Source of the DNA: an uncultured Muribaculaceae bacterium
Lineage (GTDB): Bacteria; Bacillota_I; Bacilli_A; RF39; UBA660
Direction of reading: 5' to 3'
DNA length: 35,473 bases
Assembly (NCBI GenBank): GCA_964473435.1
Contig: CAYYOP010000001.1
Coordinates: forward strand, 1 to 35,473
A model generated the notes under the pieces. That model was not told the origin of the DNA. It saw nothing but the letters and a program-made list of their open reading frames with translations, and did no database searches. Of this stretch, positions 16,282 to 26,635 are shown one piece after another; the stretch's first letter is position 1, and each line of letters opens with the position of its first letter. The position numbers were made by a program, and so were the translations under genes.

Positions 16282-16557
16282 ATGAAAGATCAAAGATTAG
16301 AAGATTTTAAATTAGAAATAGAATTATTACAAAAAAAAGATTATCAAAATGCAGTCGAATTAAATTTCGACAACAAAAAAGATTGGTATGAATATATTAT
16401 AAAACAAGCAGAAGATCAAATAGCTGAAGCAATAATTGATTTAGCAACAAGATATGACGTACCAATTGAAAATGTAGCCAATATTTTTGATCCTACTATG
16501 ATAATAAGAGTCGGAAAAATAATAAAAGAAAAAAATGCGCTAAAAACCAAGAAATAA
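16282..16557 (+). CDS. Hypothetical protein (91 aa)
   Basis: ATG 16282 is preceded by an AGAGGA SD. The longer ORF-track start at 16249 lies inside the VanY gene. Confidence 0.5.
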   Translation: MKDQRLEDFKLEIELLQKKDYQNAVELNFDNKKDWYEYIIKQAEDQIAEAIIDLATRYDVPIENVANIFDPTMIIRVGKIIKEKNALKTKK

Positions 16558-16575
16558 CATTAGCGTTATTTTTTT
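16553..16575 (+). terminator. Weak rho-independent terminator
   Basis: AATAAC-attagc-GTTATT followed by TTTTT. The stem is AT-rich and only 6 bp long. Confidence 0.4.
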
Positions 16576-16579
16576 GACA

Positions 16580-16588
16580 TGATATAAT
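16580..16588 (+). promoter_or_regulatory. Extended -10 promoter element (TGaTATAAT) for addBA
   Basis: TGATATAAT lies about 8 nt before the AGGTGG SD/ATG 16605. Confidence 0.5.
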
Positions 16589-16604
16589 AATTACAGGTGG
16601 TAGT

Positions 16605-18938
16605 ATGAATTATAATACAATTTTAGAGAATAATTCACTATATATTATTCCGGATAATTACAAGAATACCATGTTAAAGATTATGGGGAATAATCAGTTG
16701 ATGGACATACGTGTTTTAACTATGTCTGAATTAAAAAGAAAAATTTTATTTGATTATAATGAAAAAACTATTTTTTATCTTATGAAAGAAAAAAATATTA
16801 GTTATAAAAACGCGAAAGAATATATAGATAATTTATATTATTTAACCGATGACATTAAAAACTCAAAATTAATTGAATTAAATAACATTAAAAAATATTT
16901 AGATGAAAATAAATTATTAACATATGACAACTATTTTTTAAACTCTATAAAAAACAGAAATGTTTTTGTTTTAGGTTTTGATTATCTTTATAAGTTTGAT
17001 TTGTTTTTACTAAAGAAGATTGAAAGTAAAAATGATTTTCATATCATTAATTTTGATATAAAAAAATATGATCATACAATAATTAAGTTTAAAAATATAA
17101 ATGAAGAAATAGAATATATTGCTAATAGAATACTAGATAAAATAAATGAAGGTATTGAAATATCTAATATTTATTTAGCTAATTATAACTCTGAATATGA
17201 ATCTACTATCAAAAGAATATTTAATTTCTATAATATACCTATAAATTTAGAAGACCAGTTTTCTCTTTATGATACTAAAATAGGAATAGATTTATTAAAC
17301 AATTTAAAAGATTATGAAAACATTTTAAATAGTATTGATAATTCTAACATATACAATGCTATAATTGATGTTTTTAATAAATACTATTGGGCTAATGATT
17401 ATATAGAAATTAAAGAACTTTTAATTGAAGAATTTAAAAATATAAAAATAAAAAAAGACTCTTTTGTTAATGCTGTTAATTTAATAGATCTAAATAATAA
17501 AGAGTTGGCTGATGATGAATATGTTTTTTTATTAGGTTTTGCCAAAGAATTTATTCCTCATATGCATAAAGATGATCTTTTAATTCTTGATAAAGAAAAA
17601 AATGAAATATTAGAATCAACAGAAAAACTTAATAAAATCGAAAAAAATAGATGGATTAGTAAAATTAAGAGTATCAAAAATTTAACAATTACTTATTCAA
17701 AACAAGGGTTAAAAGACATCTTTTATCCGTCACCTTTAAGTGAATATTTTAATGTTATTGAAAAAGATTATAGCGCTAGTTTATTTTCTCATGATAGTAA
17801 TAAATATAATTTAGCTCTTTTGTTAGATGAACATATTAAATATGGGACTGAACATCAAGAATTAAATGTTTTAGCATCTAATTATAATGATATTGATTAT
17901 CATACTTATGATAATCAGTATAATAATATTAATAATGAACTTATTAAGGAATTTTATAAAAATGGGTTATATTTATCGTATACCAAATTGAACACTTATT
18001 ATGAATGTTCTTTTAAATATTACTTAGAATATATTTTGAAGTTAAATTCTTATCAAGAAACTTTTGAAGCATATTTAGGAAACTTATGTCATTATATATT
18101 ATCAAAAATATATGATGATAATTTTGATTTTGAAAAAGAAAAAGAAATTTTTTTATTGGATAATAATTTTGATTTGAATAAAGAAAACTTTGTCTTTATT
18201 GATAAAATGTGTGAGGAGTTAAAATTCGCTATTGGTGTTATAAAAGATCATTATAAAGATAGTTTATTTAAAGAAGTTGATTGTGAAAAAAATATAAAAA
18301 TTGAACTTGACAATAATGTTATTTTTACTGGCATTGTGGACAAAATATTGAGTTATCAAAATAACATTTCTATAATCGATTATAAGACATACAGACCTAA
18401 TATCGATTTATCACTGGTAAACTATGGTTTAGGTATGCAACTTCCTATATATATTTATTTAATAAAAAAAGTTTTACCAGATTCTAAAATTATTGGTATC
18501 TATTTGCAGTATATTACAAGGAATATTATATCAAGCACACAAAAAAAGACTATCGAAGAAATTAAAAAAGATAACTTAAAACTTGTTGGTTACACGATTG
18601 ATAATGAACAAATCATCGAAATGTTTGATTCAACTTATAGTAAAAGTGATTATATAAAAGGAATGAGTTTAACTTCAAAAGGGTTTAGCAGATATACTAG
18701 GTTACTGAAAGATAAAGATTTTGACACATTATTTAATGTGGCTGAAAACATTATTGAAAGAGCAGTTGAAAATATATTAGATGCCAACTTTACAATTAAT
18801 CCGAAAGTTTTAGACAAAACTAATTTAAGTTGCACTTATTGTAAATATAAATCAGTTTGTTTTGTAGATTTTGATAATCACGAATATATTACAGCAGATA
18901 AAGATTTAACTTTTTTAGGGAGTGATAATAATGACTAA
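16605..18938 (+). CDS. addB: Helicase-nuclease complex subunit B (AddB type, compact, no Walker A)
   Basis: C-terminal PD-(D/E)xK nuclease (GIVDKILSYQNNISIIDYKT). Four Fe-S cluster cysteines: YYEC... then C-x2-C-x5-C in CTYCKYKSVC. It sits immediately upstream of and overlapping addA. 777 aa. No GxxGxGK[ST] motif anywhere in the protein. Confidence 0.8.
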   Translation: MNYNTILENNSLYIIPDNYKNTMLKIMGNNQLMDIRVLTMSELKRKILFDYNEKTIFYLMKEKNISYKNAKEYIDNLYYLTDDIKNSKLIELNNIKKYLDENKLLTYDNYFLNSIKNRNVFVLGFDYLYKFDLFLLKKIESKNDFHIINFDIKKYDHTIIKFKNINEEIEYIANRILDKINEGIEISNIYLANYNSEYESTIKRIFNFYNIPINLEDQFSLYDTKIGIDLLNNLKDYENILNSIDNSNIYNAIIDVFNKYYWANDYIEIKELLIEEFKNIKIKKDSFVNAVNLIDLNNKELADDEYVFLLGFAKEFIPHMHKDDLLILDKEKNEILESTEKLNKIEKNRWISKIKSIKNLTITYSKQGLKDIFYPSPLSEYFNVIEKDYSASLFSHDSNKYNLALLLDEHIKYGTEHQELNVLASNYNDIDYHTYDNQYNNINNELIKEFYKNGLYLSYTKLNTYYECSFKYYLEYILKLNSYQETFEAYLGNLCHYILSKIYDDNFDFEKEKEIFLLDNNFDLNKENFVFIDKMCEELKFAIGVIKDHYKDSLFKEVDCEKNIKIELDNNVIFTGIVDKILSYQNNISIIDYKTYRPNIDLSLVNYGLGMQLPIYIYLIKKVLPDSKIIGIYLQYITRNIISSTQKKTIEEIKKDNLKLVGYTIDNEQIIEMFDSTYSKSDYIKGMSLTSKGFSRYTRLLKDKDFDTLFNVAENIIERAVENILDANFTINPKVLDKTNLSCTYCKYKSVCFVDFDNHEYITADKDLTFLGSDNND

Positions 18939-21900
18939 ATGGACTAATGAACAATTAGATGCAATTAATAAAACAGGTACTAATATTATAGTTTCTGCTG
19001 GTGCTGGTTCTGGTAAAACAACAGTTTTAACCGAAAGAGTAATTACTAAATTAAAAGCAGGTATTAAAATTAATGAATTATTAATTTTAACTTTTACAAA
19101 TAACTCCGCGCATGATATGCAAGAAAAAATAAAAAAAGCTATTACTAATAATGAAAAATTAAATGATGGTACTAATGATTTAGAAAGTGCATATATAATG
19201 ACTTTTGATGCTTTCGTTTTATCATTGGTAAAAAAACATCATCATTATTTGAATTTGGATAAAGATGTTAATATAATAGATCACTCGATAATTATATTAA
19301 AGAAAAAAGAAATCATTCAAGAAATATTTACAAGTAAATATCAGGAAAATGATGAAAAATTTATAAAACTAGTAACTGATTTTTGTTCAAAAAATGATAA
19401 ATATTTACAGCAAATTATTTTAGAGCTTGATAACAATTTAAACTTATTAATAAAAAAAGAAGATTACCTTAATAATTATATTAATGAATTTTATAAAGAA
19501 GATCACTTGAATAATTTATTTAATAACTATTTAGATTTGATATTTGATAAAATTAATTTATTAAAAGATTGTTTACATAGTTTGAGTTTTGAAGTTGATG
19601 GTGATTATTATAATACTGTATATGACTTATTATTACCAATTTTCAATGCTGATACTTATGAAAAAATCAAGACTATTAGTAATATAAAAATTCCTAATCT
19701 TCCTAGAGGATCATCTGATGATGCTAAAGAATATAAAGCAGAAATGAAAAAGATTAGTGATGATATTATTTTATATACTAGTGAAGAAAAAATTGATTTA
19801 ATTGATGAGATCATGAACACTAAAGATTACTTAGAAATATTGATCGATATTTTATTAACATTAGATAAAAAAATTAATCAATATAAAAGAAATTATAATA
19901 GTTTTGAATTTGGAGATATTAGTCAGTTTGCTATTAAACTTCTTGAAGACAATCCAGATATTTCAAATGATTTAAAGTATCATTTTAAAGAAATAATGAT
20001 TGATGAGTATCAAGACACTAATGATGTACAAGAAACATTTATATCTCTAATAGAAAATAATAATGTTTATATGGTTGGAGATATTAAACAATCGATTTAT
20101 CGTTTTAGAAATGCTAATCCTAGTATATTTAAAAATAAATATGATTCATATAAAAATGAAATACATGGAATTAAAATTGATTTAAATAAAAATTTTAGAT
20201 CGAGACATGAGGTTATTGATCCTATTAATAATATTTTTAATTGTGTCATGGACGATAAAATCGGTAGTGCCAACTATTCAGCTGAACATCAAATGATTTT
20301 TGGTAATGAATCATATAATGTAGAAAGCCCTGATGATTATAATTTAACAATATATAATTATGAAGATGATAAAAACCATTCTAAGGAAGAAATTGAAGCA
20401 TTCATTATTGCTAAAGACATTAAAAATAAAATAGAAAATAAGTATAAAGTATTAAAAAAAGATGGTTTGAGAAACTGTTCTTACTCTGATTTTTGTATTT
20501 TAATGGATCGTTCCAGTTCTTTTGATACATACAAAAAAGTTTTTGATTATATGCAGATCCCTTTAAATATATATAAGGATGATAATATTTTATTAAATGA
20601 TGAAACTTTTTTAGTTAAAAATATTTTATCTTTAATATTAAAAATAAAGAAAAAAGAATACGATCAAGATTTTAAATTATGTTTTACTAGCATCGCTAGA
20701 AGTTATTTATTTGAAATGTCTGATGAAGAAATCTTTTTGAAAATAAAGAATAACGAGATCTTTAAAACCGAAATTTTTAAAAAATGTCAGAATATAAGTG
20801 AAAATATAGATTATATAAGTAATAAATCCTTATTAAATATTATTATTGAAGAATTTGATTTTTATTTAAAAATGATTAAAGTAGGAAATGTTAATGATCG
20901 CAACATAGTTTTAAATAATCTTTTGAGTAAAGCAGAAGAATTAAATAAAGTTGAGATTGATGTATTTGGTTTAGAAGAGTATTTTAATATCTTATTAGAT
21001 ACTAATAGTGAAATTAAAGTTCCTGCTGTTTTAAGTAGCAGTGATTCAGTAGTAATAACAAATATTCATAAATCCAAAGGATTAGAATATCATATTTGTT
21101 ACTTTAGTGGTTTATATAAAAAGTTTAACTTAAGAGATTCTTTTGAAAAAATTATTTTCACAAAAGATTTTGGTTTTATATTACCTACTTATAAAGATGG
21201 TTTGAAAAACACTTTTCTATCAACTCTATTTACAGAAAAATATATTGAAGATGAGATATCAGAAAAAGTAAGATTGTTTTATGTGGCCTTAACACGTTGT
21301 AAAGAAAAAATAATTTTTGTTACTCCTTTCTCTGAAAAAAAGATAAATTACAATGATGAAAAATTTGTAGATTATTTAACTAGAATTTCATATCGATCTT
21401 TTCTTGATATATTATCTTCAGTTTATATGAAAATCGAAGATAAAATTATAAATTTAGATAGCATTAATATTCCTAATAATTATTTATTTAATAAAAAGAT
21501 AGACTTAAAAAATTATAAGGAAGATAAAGAATTATTAGTTAATAGCATAGATATTAAAAAAGAGATTATTAACAAAGCGAACTATTCTAAAACTATTAAA
21601 AACTTAGTAAGTGCCGAAGAAAACAAGAATATAGAACGAGGTAATAAATTACATTATATTTTAGAAAATATTGACTTCTTATGTCCTAACTATAATAACT
21701 TAAATTCCGATGAAATTGATGTAGTTAATTCTTTTTTAACGCATCCGATTATGAAGAATATAAGTAACTCAACAATAATAAAAGAGCATGAGTTTCAAAC
21801 AAATGTTGATGGTATTCAAAAAACAGGTATTATAGATTTATTAGTAGTCTATGACACTCACGTCGATATAATTGATTATAAATTAAAATACGTAGAAGAT

Positions 21901-22017
21901 GAGGATTATAAATTACAACTAAATGGATATAAAAAATATATTGAAGAAAAGACCAACAAAAAAACTTTTACTTATTTATATTCTTTAATTGATAAAAAGT
22001 TAATCAAAATTGATTAA
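18931..22017 (+). CDS. addA: Helicase-nuclease complex subunit A (UvrD-like SF1 helicase plus C-terminal nuclease)
   Basis: WTNEQLDAI......VSAGAGSGKTTVLTERV (motif I), IDEYQDTN (II), MVGDIKQSIYRFRNA (III), NFRS (IV), TNIHKSKGLEY (V), LFYVALTRCK (VI). C-terminal GIIDLLVVYDTHVDIIDYKLK nuclease motif. ATG 18931 follows a GGGAGTGA SD. Confidence 0.9.
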   Translation: MTKWTNEQLDAINKTGTNIIVSAGAGSGKTTVLTERVITKLKAGIKINELLILTFTNNSAHDMQEKIKKAITNNEKLNDGTNDLESAYIMTFDAFVLSLVKKHHHYLNLDKDVNIIDHSIIILKKKEIIQEIFTSKYQENDEKFIKLVTDFCSKNDKYLQQIILELDNNLNLLIKKEDYLNNYINEFYKEDHLNNLFNNYLDLIFDKINLLKDCLHSLSFEVDGDYYNTVYDLLLPIFNADTYEKIKTISNIKIPNLPRGSSDDAKEYKAEMKKISDDIILYTSEEKIDLIDEIMNTKDYLEILIDILLTLDKKINQYKRNYNSFEFGDISQFAIKLLEDNPDISNDLKYHFKEIMIDEYQDTNDVQETFISLIENNNVYMVGDIKQSIYRFRNANPSIFKNKYDSYKNEIHGIKIDLNKNFRSRHEVIDPINNIFNCVMDDKIGSANYSAEHQMIFGNESYNVESPDDYNLTIYNYEDDKNHSKEEIEAFIIAKDIKNKIENKYKVLKKDGLRNCSYSDFCILMDRSSSFDTYKKVFDYMQIPLNIYKDDNILLNDETFLVKNILSLILKIKKKEYDQDFKLCFTSIARSYLFEMSDEEIFLKIKNNEIFKTEIFKKCQNISENIDYISNKSLLNIIIEEFDFYLKMIKVGNVNDRNIVLNNLLSKAEELNKVEIDVFGLEEYFNILLDTNSEIKVPAVLSSSDSVVITNIHKSKGLEYHICYFSGLYKKFNLRDSFEKIIFTKDFGFILPTYKDGLKNTFLSTLFTEKYIEDEISEKVRLFYVALTRCKEKIIFVTPFSEKKINYNDEKFVDYLTRISYRSFLDILSSVYMKIEDKIINLDSINIPNNYLFNKKIDLKNYKEDKELLVNSIDIKKEIINKANYSKTIKNLVSAEENKNIERGNKLHYILENIDFLCPNYNNLNSDEIDVVNSFLTHPIMKNISNSTIIKEHEFQTNVDGIQKTGIIDLLVVYDTHVDIIDYKLKYVEDEDYKLQLNGYKKYIEEKTNKKTFTYLYSLIDKKLIKID

Positions 22018-22081
22018 CTTTTTTAATTTCTGTAATTTGATTTTAAATGCTTTTTAGTTTAATTTATATTTGGTGGTTATA

Positions 22082-23455
22082 ATGCAATTTAATAATGAAC
22101 AATTAGAGGCAATTAAAAATTTAGATAATACTTTAGTAATAGCGGGTGCGGGTGCGGGAAAGACTTCGACTATAGTAGGAAAAGTTAACTATTTAATAAG
22201 TAATAAAATATATAAACCAGATGAATTGTTAGTTATATCATTTACTAACGAGACAGTTAATTCGTTAAAAAATAAAATTAATTATAATGTAGATGTTAAA
22301 ACTTTTCATAAATTAGCACTGGATATAATTAATGAGAACGAAAATAAAATTAACATCGTAAGTAATAGTTATTTATCGTTCATAATAAATGAATATTTTA
22401 ATTCTTTTGCACTTCATAATAAGCATTCTTTTAAAATTTATAAGAGAATAATTAATATTACATCTAATAATGAATTAAATCTTCTAATTGAAACATTTAT
22501 TAATATATATAAATGTAATTATTTAAATATTAATCACTTGTACACTTTATACAGAAAATCTTTGTTTATTAATAAAATATATTATAAATTTATTTTAGAT
22601 ATCTATTTAATTTATCAAAGAGAATTAGAATCAACTAATTCTTGTGATTTAAATGATTTAATTATAAAAGCCGAACATTTAATTACTAACAATCAAAAAA
22701 AAGTTAAATATAAGTTCATTATTGTTGATGAGTTTCAAGATACATCTCTGGTAAGATTTAACTTAATTAAAAGCATTTTAACGAAAAACAATGGGAAAAT
22801 TTTCGTAGTTGGAGATGATTATCAATCAATATATAGATTTAGTGGATGTAATTTAGATTTATTCATTAACTTTAATAATTTTTTTCCAAAAACTAAATTA
22901 ATATATTTGAATCACAATTATAGAAATAGTACAGAACTTATTAATATAGCAAATAAATTTATTATGAAAAATAAAAAACAACTAAAAAAAAATACTATTT
23001 GTCATAAAAGTATAAGTAAGCCTATAAAAATAGTTTTTTATGTTAATAAGTCAGAAGTTATTAACAATGTTTTACCATATTTAAATAACGATAATATTTT
23101 AATATTAGGTCGAAACAATCGAGATAAAGAACAATTTAATATAAAAGAAAATGATAAAATTAAATTTTTAACTATTCATAAATCTAAAGGTTTAGAAGAA
23201 AATAATATAATATTAATAAATTTATATAATTCAATATTAGGTTTTCCTTCTAAAATAAAAAATGATAAAATTATTTCCAATCTCTTAAATACTGATTATA
23301 TTTTGCACGAAGAAGAAAGAAGACTCTTTTATGTAGCACTTACTAGAGCAAAAAACTATGTTTATATTTTAGTTCCTAAATATAATTATTCTGTTTTTAT
23401 AAACGAGTTGATTACTGATAATAAACATTTATTAGAGTTTATTCACATAAATTAA
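22082..23455 (+). CDS. Minimal UvrD/Rep-type SF1 helicase (457 aa)
   Basis: FNNEQLEAI...VIAGAGAGKTSTIV (I), IIVDEFQDTS (II), VVGDDYQSIYRFSGC (III), NYRNS (IV), LTIHKSKGLE (V), LFYVALTRAK (VI). The accessory 1B/2B insertions are very short. ATG 22082 follows a GGTGG SD. Confidence 0.8.
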   Translation: MQFNNEQLEAIKNLDNTLVIAGAGAGKTSTIVGKVNYLISNKIYKPDELLVISFTNETVNSLKNKINYNVDVKTFHKLALDIINENENKINIVSNSYLSFIINEYFNSFALHNKHSFKIYKRIINITSNNELNLLIETFINIYKCNYLNINHLYTLYRKSLFINKIYYKFILDIYLIYQRELESTNSCDLNDLIIKAEHLITNNQKKVKYKFIIVDEFQDTSLVRFNLIKSILTKNNGKIFVVGDDYQSIYRFSGCNLDLFINFNNFFPKTKLIYLNHNYRNSTELINIANKFIMKNKKQLKKNTICHKSISKPIKIVFYVNKSEVINNVLPYLNNDNILILGRNNRDKEQFNIKENDKIKFLTIHKSKGLEENNIILINLYNSILGFPSKIKNDKIISNLLNTDYILHEEERRLFYVALTRAKNYVYILVPKYNYSVFINELITDNKHLLEFIHIN

Positions 23456-23783
23456 AGCTAATTTCAGTAATTGGATAACCTTTAATTGTTGCGTCAATTA
23501 CATATTCATCTTTTCCTTTTCTTTCTTGAATTATTAAATAGTTATTTAATGCAGATGATATTTTTTCATCTTTTAAATAATAACAAGTATCATTAGAACA
23601 GAAGTAATTAACTGTTGCTTCAAAATATCTTTTTTTAATATATTCAATAACATCAATAGAATTTAAATTATCTGGTCTATCAATATAATTAGAACAATCA
23701 GTTTGATAAGCATAACTTTTATAACTAATTTGAATAACTATTGATAATAATAAAATAAAACCTAAATATATATACTTCTTCAT
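23439..23783 (-). CDS. Small secreted hypothetical protein (114 aa)
   Basis: N-terminal signal-like segment MKKYIYLGFILLLSIVIQISYKSYA. Five Cys in the mature part. The 3' end overlaps the convergent helicase gene by 17 nt. Confidence 0.55.
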   Translation of the reverse strand: MKKYIYLGFILLLSIVIQISYKSYAYQTDCSNYIDRPDNLNSIDVIEYIKKRYFEATVNYFCSNDTCYYLKDEKISSALNNYLIIQERKGKDEYVIDATIKGYPITEISFNLCE

Positions 23784-23832
23784 AATAACACCCTTTTTAT
23801 TATGGGCACATTTCGTAAAAATATTTTATTTC

Positions 23833-23856
23833 AAAAAAAAAGATAAAATCTTTTTT
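23833..23856 (-). terminator. Weak AT-rich terminator after the amidase gene
   Basis: Minus-strand AAAAGAU-UUU-AUCUUUU followed by UUUUU. The stem overlaps the stop codon and has only one G-C pair. Confidence 0.35.
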
Positions 23857-26521
23857 AATTTTTTGTTACTGGAATTATTATTTCTTGACCAATCGATAGT
23901 CTATTATTTAATAAATTATTTGATTTTTTTAATTCATTTACAGTTATATTATAATGATTTGCGATTGACCATAATGTATCTCCTATTTTGATAGTTGTTC
24001 TGTTTTTGGGTTCTATAAAGTTATTCGCTATTTTTAGTTGTTGTCCGATTGATAAGTCATTGCTTATTAGATTATTTAATTGTTTTATTTCTTCAATGCT
24101 AATTTCATAAATGTTAGCAATCGACCATAAAGTATCTCCTGCTTTTACTGTATAAATTGTTGGTTGTGAATCATCATTAGAAGTATTATTAGGTATAATT
24201 AATACCTGACCAATAGATAAAGTATCTTTTGTTAAATTATTTAAAGTTTTTAATTCATTTACTGTTGTATTATTTTCTCTAGCAATTGACCAGAGAGTAT
24301 CACCTATTTTAACAATATACTTGTTTGACGAACTTGGTGGTTTTATAACTTTACCAGTAATTATTAATTCTTGACCTACAGATAAATTATTGCTTATTAA
24401 ATTGTTTAATCTCTTTATTTCTTCTACAGTTGTATTATGTTTTTTTGAAATTGAATAAAGTGTATCTCCTGCTTTTACTATGTATGTTTCACCAATAATT
24501 GGTGGAGTTATTTCCATTTGTTCTTCAGTTATTATTAATTTTTGACCAATTGATAAATTATTATTAGTTAATTTATTTAAGCGTTTTAATTCTTCGACTG
24601 TTGTTCCAAAACGATTTGCTATTGAAAATAATGTATCTCCTTCTTTTACTAGATATGTTTCGCCAGTAATTGGTGGAGTTATTTCCATTTGTTCTTCAGT
24701 TATTATTAATTTTTGACCAATTGATAAATTATTATTAGTTAATTTATTCAAACGTTTTAATTCTTCGACTGTTGTTCCAAAACGATTTGCTATTGAATAT
24801 AGTGAATCACCTGGTCTAACTATATAAGTAGTTTTTGATTCTTCTGTTAAATTATATGGATATCCCATATATTCTGCAACTGCTTTTACTACTGCTTCAG
24901 CATATTTTTCCCAGTTATTTTCTAATCTTTTTAAATCATTTGGATTATCGATAAAACCATATTCAACAATAAGTGTTTGAAGTTTATCCGTATCACGCAT
25001 TAAATAATAAAAGTCTTTAGTTGGATCATTTGGTAATGCTTTTTGATAATAAGTTCGCATTTTTTGTCCGGAATTTCCAATTTCAGTTAAAATATTACGA
25101 GCTAGTGTTGAATTATTTCTTAGTGGATAGATTACTTCTGCCCCTTCTCCACCACCAGCATTTATATGATTTGAAATTACTATTGCATTTGAAACGTCGC
25201 CAAAAGGCTTTTTTAATCTTTTGATTCTTTCTGCATTTGTTAATGTTTCATCAGTATTTCTAGTCATAGCAAACGGTATATCTAAATCAGCAAATCTATT
25301 TGCCATATAATTAGATATTTTTAAATTTAAATCTTTTTCCAATACTGTTGAACTAACTGCGCCAGGATCTTCTCCTCCATGTCCAGGGTCTATTATTATT
25401 CCTACATATCTATCGTTACTTCCTATTTCACATATTGATAATGGTGAATAAAGATTAATTAAAGCACTCCATGTGTTTCTTCCTACTATTCCATCTACTA
25501 ATAGTTTGTTATTACTTTGAAACGCTCTTACTGCATTATTTGTTAAATTTCCAAATTGATTATCAATAGTTCCATCAAAATACATTAATTCTTTTAGATA
25601 AAATTGTAAATCTCTTACGTCTTCTCCAGTGTCACCTAATCTTAATGTTGGTCTAGATAAAACATTTTTTTGTCTGAATAATACTTCAGGAATTTCAACG
25701 TTTTTATTTCTTGTTTGTGTATTGATTTCTAATTTTTCATTAATTAATTCCCAGGTTTTTTGATTTACGATTCCAGTCGGTAACATTTCATTATCTTCTT
25801 GAAATTTTTGAACAGAGTTTCCAGTATTTAGATCATAATTACCAGTGATTTCACCGTTATAATAGCCCAGTTCTTTTATATTTTGTTGAAGTGTTTTGAC
25901 TTCTTCACCTGATGCTCCTTCTAGCATTGGGGTGATAATAATTGGAGTAGGATTATCTAACATAGAATATTCATGATTTATTGCACGCCATGTTTTAGGT
26001 CGAACAATACCATCACTTGGTAAATTGTAAGTGGTTTGAAACTTTTTAACTGCTTCTTCTGTTTTCGAACCAAATTGTCCATCATTTTCACCTTGATAAT
26101 AACCCAAATCATTTAATTTTAATTGTAAACTGGTTACAAATAGACTATTATCTCCTTTTTTTATTGTTGGTTCATTGACTATTACAGAACCTTCCTTTGC
26201 TTGCTCTAAAAGTTCCCAGGTTGTAGGTCCGACTATACCATCCATTACTTGGTTAGTTTCTTTTTGAAAGTTTAAAACGGCTTTTTCAGTACTTTTACCA
26301 AAATAACCATCTGCTATTCCTTTTAAATAATTTAATGATATTAATTGATTTTGTAATTCTTCAACTTCTACGCCACTTGAATCATATTTTAATATTATTT
26401 CTGATAAGTTTCTTGTTCGATATATTTTTGAAGTTTGATTCATTAATCTATTTGTATTAACTGCTTTCCTATAAGGATGAAAAGTCGGATGAAAGAAATT
26501 TGGTCTACTATATTTATTCAT
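23855..26521 (-). CDS. Modular cell-wall hydrolase: 4 x PG_binding_1, N-acetylmuramoyl-L-alanine amidase (Amidase_3), 6 x LysM
   Basis: Four repeats of the G..V..LQ..L..LGY..G..DG.FG..T..AV..FQ......DGIVG..TW type. Amidase_3 core: IIIDPGHGGEDPGAVS...RFADL...ISNHINAGGGEGAEVIY. Six C-terminal Y.VK.GDTL.SIA....T.V.ELK.LN.L....L.IGQ.L.I modules. Confidence 0.9.
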   Translation of the reverse strand: MNKYSRPNFFHPTFHPYRKAVNTNRLMNQTSKIYRTRNLSEIILKYDSSGVEVEELQNQLISLNYLKGIADGYFGKSTEKAVLNFQKETNQVMDGIVGPTTWELLEQAKEGSVIVNEPTIKKGDNSLFVTSLQLKLNDLGYYQGENDGQFGSKTEEAVKKFQTTYNLPSDGIVRPKTWRAINHEYSMLDNPTPIIITPMLEGASGEEVKTLQQNIKELGYYNGEITGNYDLNTGNSVQKFQEDNEMLPTGIVNQKTWELINEKLEINTQTRNKNVEIPEVLFRQKNVLSRPTLRLGDTGEDVRDLQFYLKELMYFDGTIDNQFGNLTNNAVRAFQSNNKLLVDGIVGRNTWSALINLYSPLSICEIGSNDRYVGIIIDPGHGGEDPGAVSSTVLEKDLNLKISNYMANRFADLDIPFAMTRNTDETLTNAERIKRLKKPFGDVSNAIVISNHINAGGGEGAEVIYPLRNNSTLARNILTEIGNSGQKMRTYYQKALPNDPTKDFYYLMRDTDKLQTLIVEYGFIDNPNDLKRLENNWEKYAEAVVKAVAEYMGYPYNLTEESKTTYIVRPGDSLYSIANRFGTTVEELKRLNKLTNNNLSIGQKLIITEEQMEITPPITGETYLVKEGDTLFSIANRFGTTVEELKRLNKLTNNNLSIGQKLIITEEQMEITPPIIGETYIVKAGDTLYSISKKHNTTVEEIKRLNNLISNNLSVGQELIITGKVIKPPSSSNKYIVKIGDTLWSIARENNTTVNELKTLNNLTKDTLSIGQVLIIPNNTSNDDSQPTIYTVKAGDTLWSIANIYEISIEEIKQLNNLISNDLSIGQQLKIANNFIEPKNRTTIKIGDTLWSIANHYNITVNELKKSNNLLNNRLSIGQEIIIPVTKN
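24497..24838 (-). repeat. Near-identical 171 nt tandem duplication (one LysM module plus linker)
   Basis: 24497-24626 and 24668-24797 are the same sequence at an offset of 171 nt, with 2 mismatches (taagcg versus caaacg). Both encode RFGTTVEELKRLNKLTNNNLSIGQKLIITEEQMEITPPI. Confidence 0.9.
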
Positions 26522-26635
26522 TTTTTCCTCCTTCTATTTTCTAGTATAGTATATTAAACCTATTTAATTATGGATACAAAAAAGAGGGCTTTTGCATATA
26601 TTACTTTAGAAATAACAAATGAAAGGAATGATTTT

